Origin: a virus
Taxonomy: Duplodnaviria; Caudoviricetes
IMG/VR virus record: IMGVR_UViG_3300020045_003931
Coordinates: 1 to 37,923 of that record
Direction: 5' to 3' (one strand)
DNA length: 37,923 bases
The notes beneath the pieces are model-generated. The model was not told the origin of the DNA, made no database searches, and saw only the letters and a program-made list of their open reading frames with translations. A program made the translations under genes and the position numbers. This document shows, in pieces, positions 32,321-37,923 of this stretch. Numbering within the stretch: the first letter of the stretch is position 1; each line of letters starts with the position of its first letter.

Positions 32321-32921
32321 TTGACCCCTCGCTGAGTTGCTTTCGTTGTTCCCACGTTTTTTTCATTCGTTCAGATATTTTCGCCCGCTCCTCTAGGCTA
32401 TATTCCCTTCCAGCAGCCCGCTTGTTTCCCATCAGCGACATAGAAATCTTGGCTTTCGAAGCATCTGAAAGTCTTTTGCCTTTCCCAATTTCTGATAACA
32501 ATTTCCTTTGCTCTTCCTTTATCACGCATCCCTTTTTTGCTGCTGAAATATTCGCGCAATGCTCTGCTGAAAATCTGCGCCCCTTGTGCGCCGCACTCAT
32601 TTTTTCTTTCGTCTCTTCGGTATGACGTGTTCCGAATGGGGAATGTGCTACAGGCCGTCCGTTATAAGTTGGCTTGAAAAAATCTATCCAAAACTGCTCT
32701 CGCTCTATAAGCTTCGACTTGTCTTCCACAAGCTGAATTATTTCACAATTGAAAATATCTAATCCATATTTATTAACTGCGTTTTGTAACTTGGGGCTAT
32801 GGTGAGTCCCACGCTTAAGCGCATATTTGTGCCCCTTCCATCTGCGCCTCACAGAAATAGCCGATCCGACATACATATCTTTGGTTATGCTATTCACTAT
32901 TGCGTAAATAGCGGTAGCCAT
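32310..32921 (-). CDS. Free-standing GIY-YIG homing endonuclease with NUMOD3 repeats
   Basis: AIYAIVN...MYVGS, RWKGH, EREQFWI, HTEETKEKMS / SAEHCANIS repeats; AT-rich relative to flanks. Confidence 0.9.
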   Translation of the reverse strand: MATAIYAIVNSITKDMYVGSAISVRRRWKGHKYALKRGTHHSPKLQNAVNKYGLDIFNCEIIQLVEDKSKLIEREQFWIDFFKPTYNGRPVAHSPFGTRHTEETKEKMSAAHKGRRFSAEHCANISAAKKGCVIKEEQRKLLSEIGKGKRLSDASKAKISMSLMGNKRAAGREYSLEERAKISERMKKTWEQRKQLSEGSNVN

Positions 32922-33116
32922 TTATGCCGCCCTCTTGTTGTATGGACGCTTGACGCGCAGGGTATTGGATACCGTCGCCATCTCTACCGGTGCCGGAACA
33001 GTAGGCGCGGCGACGTCGTACCGCTCCCATCCGTTCTTCTCGTCGGCAACCGCCTCGGATTCAGCGATTGCGACCTTAGTCCCGTGCCGCGGGTGCTTGA
33101 GGTAGATCGTCGGCAT
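32922..33116 (-). CDS. Small conserved virion-region protein
   Basis: IYLKHPRHGTKVA..E.EA..DEKNGW. Confidence 0.7.
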   Translation of the reverse strand: MPTIYLKHPRHGTKVAIAESEAVADEKNGWERYDVAAPTVPAPVEMATVSNTLRVKRPYNKRAA

Positions 33117-33199
33117 CTGGTTTTTCTCCGGTTGGTTAGTCCAATCCTTGCAAAGACGCAACCCGCCTTGTGAGCGAGTTGCGTCCGCACTGGACTGAA

Positions 33200-34033
33200 T
33201 TACGTGAAGGCGGGAGTGCTATCGGAAATGACCGTGCCGTGGACGAACCATTCTGTACCGTTGCTGTAGATTTCGATTCCAGTCCCGGCCCCGGGGATGT
33301 TGACGGTCAGGGTCAGGTGCGAGGTGCCGTTTCCATAAACGGGGACGGGAGATGCGACGGCATTCGTATCGATCCAAGCAACGCCCCCGTTGTAGAACGA
33401 TGGTGTCGTTGCGACGATAACCCAGTTCTGGGCTTCGGTAGCAACTCCGCCCATGACAAACTTGTAGCTCAAGCCTGCGGCGATAACCGGGAGGTTAAGC
33501 GTAATGCTGCTTGTCTGTTCGAGGATAACATGGAGTTTTCCGCTATTCGCTGCTAGGACGGTGTAGGGAGTGGCATCAGCGACAAAGACAGGAGCTTGTA
33601 CGACAGCGCCGCTGAGGGTCAGCGTGGAACCACTGTTAAGTGTCACGGCCCCGCCAGACTGCACGGTGAGCAATCCACCAGTCGGCATCACCGTGTCCAG
33701 GCTCGCATCGGAAGTCCACGTTTTACTGGCCGCCAAGGTTCCCAAAGTGGCGATGTCGTTGTAGTTGAGTTCCGCGGCGGTAGCTGAAATGGCCGTACCA
33801 GCCCCAGCCCCAAGCGCTAGACCGCCATCGCTGATGACCAGCGCGTCGATGTGTTTGTCCGTCGTCGGAACGATTGCCTTGTCGGCAGCCACGGTGCCGG
33901 GCGTAATGCCATCGACGTAGCCCAGCTCGGTGCCGCTCAGCGTATTGCCGCCGATGGTTGCCGATCCAGTTACGACAATGCTTTCGAATTCAGGATCGGC
34001 ATACGCCACCCCGATTGCTTTCGTATTCGCCAT
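33200..34033 (-). CDS. Putative head fibre/decoration protein
   Basis: MANTKAIGVAYADP N-terminus; Thr/Ala/Gly-rich. Confidence 0.65.
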   Translation of the reverse strand: MANTKAIGVAYADPEFESIVVTGSATIGGNTLSGTELGYVDGITPGTVAADKAIVPTTDKHIDALVISDGGLALGAGAGTAISATAAELNYNDIATLGTLAASKTWTSDASLDTVMPTGGLLTVQSGGAVTLNSGSTLTLSGAVVQAPVFVADATPYTVLAANSGKLHVILEQTSSITLNLPVIAAGLSYKFVMGGVATEAQNWVIVATTPSFYNGGVAWIDTNAVASPVPVYGNGTSHLTLTVNIPGAGTGIEIYSNGTEWFVHGTVISDSTPAFT

Positions 34034-34077
34034 GATTCATCCTTTCAAAGACGGGGGCCGGGGCCCCCATCGGGTGA

Positions 34078-34488
34078 TTACGCCAGGGTGTAAAGCGTCC
34101 AAGCGCCGGTGCCGGTCTTGCGAGCGCGGTAACGGTGCGTGGTACCAGCAGTGGCGGCGACGGTAGCCAGCCCGACAATCGTCCAGCCGGTGCCGACGGC
34201 CAGGGTGATAACGCCAGAGCCGGAGCCGTCCACATTGACCACGGAGAAATCAAACGAGCTATCGGTCGTTGCGTTCACCAATGTCGCCTCAGTCAGCGCA
34301 ACGGTCGGCAGGGTGTAGGTCGCCGCGGAGCTACCGGGGCTGCCCAGCAGAATGCCGGTGATGAGTTGCGCAATGGTCAGCGTGGCTGTCGAAGTTGCGG
34401 TGGACGGAGTGGGTTGCTTGTTGAGTTGAATTTCGGTCGTGCTGCCATCGCCAATCTGATAGCCGCCGCCTACGGTGGAAAGTGCCAT
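34078..34488 (-). CDS. Putative capsid decoration protein
   Basis: Directly after the major capsid gene; GGGYQIGDG...YRARKTGTGAWTLY. Confidence 0.65.
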   Translation of the reverse strand: MALSTVGGGYQIGDGSTTEIQLNKQPTPSTATSTATLTIAQLITGILLGSPGSSAATYTLPTVALTEATLVNATTDSSFDFSVVNVDGSGSGVITLAVGTGWTIVGLATVAATAGTTHRYRARKTGTGAWTLYTLA

Positions 34489-34548
34489 GATTTGATTCCT
34501 TTCAATGTTTGTTGCCAGCCCCGCGATTACGAGGCTGGCGAGTCGCTA

Positions 34549-35751
34549 TCAGCCCCACACTCGAACGGCGAGTTCTGGACGGATGAGCTTATAACCATAG
34601 ATCACGTCCAGGCGGGTCGGCATGCGGTCGTTGTTGATGTCAAAAGCATTCACGATCCGCATCGACACACCGTTATGCGTCTGACGAGAGGCGAAATTCA
34701 CGCCCTTCGGCATCACACAATCCGCGGTCACGAAAGCGATCGCGTCCTTGTGATACGCGAGATTCTGCGGATACGAGGTATTCGCCGAGCCCAGCATCGT
34801 GATTGCCGCGGTAGCTTGCGGGAACGAATCCACGGTGGCCAGTGCATGCGCTGCCGTATAGATCGCCGGGGAAATTGACAGGGTGGCGGTGGAGGATCCG
34901 GTAGCATCGGCAGTGACAACGAACTGCTGGAGGCTACCAGTGCTGACACGAGTCTGAGGATTGACCGAATAGACGTTAGCGATGGTGAAAACGTCGCCCT
35001 CTTTCCAAGTTTTGCTCGACCCGGTGAAACTGATGCCGAGAGTGCTAGCACCTTGGGTCGCAACGGTCGAGGTCGAGGTAATCACGGTGCCCCAGTCGCC
35101 GGTCAAGTGATTCGGCAGCGACTGCGACATGTTGATCTCATCGAAGCCGAGAATGCCCTCACCGATCAGGCCGTTTTTGAACTGGCTGGCAATCAGGCCA
35201 CCGGGGTTGAATAGCCCCTTCATGCCTTCAACCAGTCCCGCATTGGCTGCCGGGGTAACGGCGCAATAGCGGGTGCCCGACGGGCATGCCATTTCGTTCA
35301 ACTTCTGATTCGCTTGGAGCAGCACCAGCGACGTGCTTGGCGTGGTGCCGGGAGTTCCGACCGATTGGTAAATCTGCTTGTAGACGTTGCAGACATCGGC
35401 GTCGATGGTGGTCGCCAGTTGCGAAACGCGAGGTTTCAGGAACTGGTCGGAGAACGGCCCCATTTTCAACACGAAGTCCGCATCGGTGAAGTTCAATCCG
35501 ATGTGTTTCTGGGTGGTGACGCTCAGAGTCGTATATTGCTGGCTGATGTCCTGCGTATTGAGCGCGGCACCATCGGAGACGAGAACCCGATCAGGCAAGC
35601 GAACACGCAGGCTAGAACCGATCTGCGCACCGACTTGACCGAAGCTGTCGTCATACTGTTTGTTGACGTTCCGCACGATGGCGGAACTATTTTCCAGAAC
35701 TTCAAGAGCCTGGGTCGTGACCATATCTATGTTGACAAACGCGTTCGCCAT
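34549..35751 (-). CDS. Major capsid protein (P22 gp5-like)
   Basis: 400 aa; IGSSLRVRLP, NLAYHKDAIAFVTAD, RLDVIYG..IRPELA. Confidence 0.93.
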   Translation of the reverse strand: MANAFVNIDMVTTQALEVLENSSAIVRNVNKQYDDSFGQVGAQIGSSLRVRLPDRVLVSDGAALNTQDISQQYTTLSVTTQKHIGLNFTDADFVLKMGPFSDQFLKPRVSQLATTIDADVCNVYKQIYQSVGTPGTTPSTSLVLLQANQKLNEMACPSGTRYCAVTPAANAGLVEGMKGLFNPGGLIASQFKNGLIGEGILGFDEINMSQSLPNHLTGDWGTVITSTSTVATQGASTLGISFTGSSKTWKEGDVFTIANVYSVNPQTRVSTGSLQQFVVTADATGSSTATLSISPAIYTAAHALATVDSFPQATAAITMLGSANTSYPQNLAYHKDAIAFVTADCVMPKGVNFASRQTHNGVSMRIVNAFDINNDRMPTRLDVIYGYKLIRPELAVRVWG

Positions 35752-35772
35752 GATGGCTTTTCCTTTCGATTG

Positions 35773-36561
35773 TTATGTCCGACCGGCTCGCGCTTCCTTG
35801 AGTGCTTTTTCGCGTCTGGCGGCCAACCACGCATCCGGCCCGAGCTGCTTGTAGGAGCGCGGGTCGTCTAGATCGTAGGCAGGCACGCCGGAACCCGTAG
35901 GAGTCACCGGAGAAATTGGAGCAGGTGCTTTGGATACTTGCTTTGCGGTGGGCGGTTCAGCGGCCAATTTGGCCTCCAATCGCCCGATCTCTTTTGCTTG
36001 CAGTAACGGGGCCAAGCGGGAAATGCGATCAGCTTCTTGGGGATTGCTCCCAAGGAAATAGGCGACATCTGGCCCAATGTCAGATGCTTGAATCGATTGG
36101 GCCATCACGTCAGAGATTGCAAGGCGCGGGTTGTAGGCGACTTGTTCGAAGTCGTCATACTTTGATCGCGCCTCTTCTTCCTTCTCGTGATATGTCGCCA
36201 GCACCTCATTCTGGTGCCGTCGTTCCTCTTGCGCTGCGAGCTTTTCGTTAGCCTTTCGTTCCGCCAATGCTTCAGCGTACTGCTCGACTGTCTCGAATTG
36301 CTCTGGCTTGAGGTCGCCATGACGCTGCGCTGAGTGCTGCTGCGCCTCTTGCGCCATCTGCGATTGTTCGCGTTCCCACTTGCGCTGTTCTCGTGCAAGT
36401 CGCTTGCCAATGGCCGCGTCCAATTCCTCTTGGGTGAAGGTTTTGGCGGGTTGCTCGACAGGCTTTTCTTCCGGCTGCGCTTCAACAACGGGGACTTCCG
36501 CCGCCGTGGCGGGAAGCTCCGGCGCGGGTTGAGATTCAACCGCTTCAATTACCTCTGACAT
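35773..36561 (-). CDS. Scaffolding protein
   Basis: Acidic coiled coil upstream of the capsid gene; GPDVAYFLG.NP...EIGRLEA. Confidence 0.85.
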   Translation of the reverse strand: MSEVIEAVESQPAPELPATAAEVPVVEAQPEEKPVEQPAKTFTQEELDAAIGKRLAREQRKWEREQSQMAQEAQQHSAQRHGDLKPEQFETVEQYAEALAERKANEKLAAQEERRHQNEVLATYHEKEEEARSKYDDFEQVAYNPRLAISDVMAQSIQASDIGPDVAYFLGSNPQEADRISRLAPLLQAKEIGRLEAKLAAEPPTAKQVSKAPAPISPVTPTGSGVPAYDLDDPRSYKQLGPDAWLAARREKALKEARAGRT

Positions 36562-36643
36562 GACAATCTCCTGCTGCGGGAATCGACGCCATCCCGGCGT
36601 GTTCCAAACCTGGCATACCGTGCCAGTGCGGTGATTCTACTGC

Positions 36644-36910
36644 TTATTCATACAGTACAGTAAATGCCGCCGTGTTGGCAAGCACGATGTAAAGCCCACT
36701 GTTAAACCATATCCCATCGGTGATTGCGAGGTATGTCTCCCCAGCAGATACCGTGATCGTGTCCGCAATTTTCGGGTCGCTGGCGTTGGATTGCGCGGAG
36801 TCATAGACCGTCAGCGTTCCGCTCGATGTGCTGGATACGCAAATCCCCTTGAGCCGTCCGCCGCCGACCTTGACCTGAACGGTGGCCGCCGATTGTTTGT
36901 AGTTTGCCAT
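36644..36910 (-). CDS. Small virion-region protein
   Basis: VK.G.G.LKGI.VSS..SGTLTVYD...F..GLYIV. Confidence 0.7.
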   Translation of the reverse strand: MANYKQSAATVQVKVGGGRLKGICVSSTSSGTLTVYDSAQSNASDPKIADTITVSAGETYLAITDGIWFNSGLYIVLANTAAFTVLYE

Positions 36911-37923
36911 TACTGAAGTCCTTCCATGGGTTGCTGCATCTGTTGATCTTGCATGTGCATTTCTCCGGCCTCCAGTTGCGCCGGCTCTTCCTGCTCAAGC
37001 GATGGCTGAGACATGATCTCCTGTAACGTTTTCATTACCACGCTTCGAATCTCTTCCGGAGTCCCCGCGCCAGCCAGAACCGACAGCCGCTTGGTCTCGG
37101 CGTCGTAGGCCTGGATGTCTGCCTTGAAATGCTCGTTCTGGAGGTGCATGGACTCATAGGATTTGCTCACGTTCTGGAGCATCTGGTGCATCTGTTCCAT
37201 CTGCTGCCCCATCTCCTGCATCTGCTGCTGCGCTGCCGCCAGTGCGGGGTCGTCTTCTTCCGAGAACAGTTTCGGGTCCATGGTCTTTTTGAACCGCTCA
37301 GCCATTTCTTCGGCGCCGGGCCAGTCCATATTTTTAACGAACAAATCTCCCGCCACCGACCACAGTTGCGGGTTGCCTTGCAGCAATTGAGACATGGCCT
37401 CTAGCGCCTCTTGCCGCTTGGTCATGTAACTCGGCCCAGTGGTTACGCAGACGTCGTACTTGCCGACGCTCGGGTTGTAGATTTTCTCGATGACGGCCCC
37501 GGTTTGCTGGTCTCGAATTTCTTTGACCGGCTCCACCTGATTTGGGTTGATCTTGACGCGATCAACCTCACCATCAATCCCGACAATCCGCGCCATCCGC
37601 GCCGTGTCGTAAATTTTCGGAATCAGATCGACAATCTGCCGGGTGCAATATCTCACCGCCCTGGCGAGGTTATCGACGTAGTGATACGTGCCGGTATCTG
37701 TCTGGCGCTCGCGGGCAATGATGGCCTTCCCGGATTTCTCGTTGGCCTCAGCCCCCAAGCTCGCATCGTACTGCCCGGTCGTGCTCTTGATGTCGTCAGA
37801 TGCGCCCATCTTGGCCTGTAGAAGACCAGATGACGCCATCGGCGGCATGGCCCGCTGTGGGAGTGGCAGAGGGGCACCATTGCCATCAGTCGCGTCCGAA
37901 TTAACCTCTAGGTACGGCCAGTT
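36910..37923 (-). CDS. Portal protein, C-terminal part (truncated by window edge)
   Basis: NEKSGKAIIARE.Q, LIPKIYDT.R..RI, GKYDV.VTTGPSY.TKRQEA; P22-like portal. Confidence 0.92.
   Translation of the reverse strand, partial: NWPYLEVNSDATDGNGAPLPLPQRAMPPMASSGLLQAKMGASDDIKSTTGQYDASLGAEANEKSGKAIIARERQTDTGTYHYVDNLARAVRYCTRQIVDLIPKIYDTARMARIVGIDGEVDRVKINPNQVEPVKEIRDQQTGAVIEKIYNPSVGKYDVCVTTGPSYMTKRQEALEAMSQLLQGNPQLWSVAGDLFVKNMDWPGAEEMAERFKKTMDPKLFSEEDDPALAAAQQQMQEMGQQMEQMHQMLQNVSKSYESMHLQNEHFKADIQAYDAETKRLSVLAGAGTPEEIRSVVMKTLQEIMSQPSLEQEEPAQLEAGEMHMQDQQMQQPMEGLQ

Noticed and set aside
1-37923. Integron integrase or any prophage integrase
   Set aside because: No ORF shows a tyrosine-recombinase (R...HxxR...Y) or serine-recombinase signature, and all large ORFs have other assignments.

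Overview
This window is an almost complete ~40 kb tailed-phage genome with a P22-like podovirus head/tail module and lambdoid-type recombination and replication genes. The host is probably a Proteobacterium. The window starts inside terL and ends inside the portal gene, so only the terL-portal junction should be missing. Two early arms diverge from a mirror-symmetric promoter/operator at about 11.85-11.9 kb. The late genes (lysis, tail, ejection, head) are on the minus strand from 20 to 38 kb. The main discovery is that both early arms contain integron-type gene-cassette arrays. I count 13 complete attC-like hairpins (R''-L''-loop-L'-R' with an extrahelical base): 3 at 6.3-8.8 kb and 10 at 12.8-16.3 kb, plus several half or collapsed sites. 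Cassette ends carry matching inverted core sequences. Each array ends in an attI-like site sharing GTCTACTT-N3-GTTA. Every cargo ORF is inverted relative to the usual cassette orientation, and many ORFs are translated through or start inside the attC. No integron integrase, or any integrase, is visible, which suggests a phage cassette platform served by a host IntI in trans. Other notable features are two C4/CI-like antisense RNA structures, a structured leftward leader, two DNA methyltransferase cassettes and a free-standing GIY-YIG endonuclease. All calls were made by eye from the sequence; no database searches were run.
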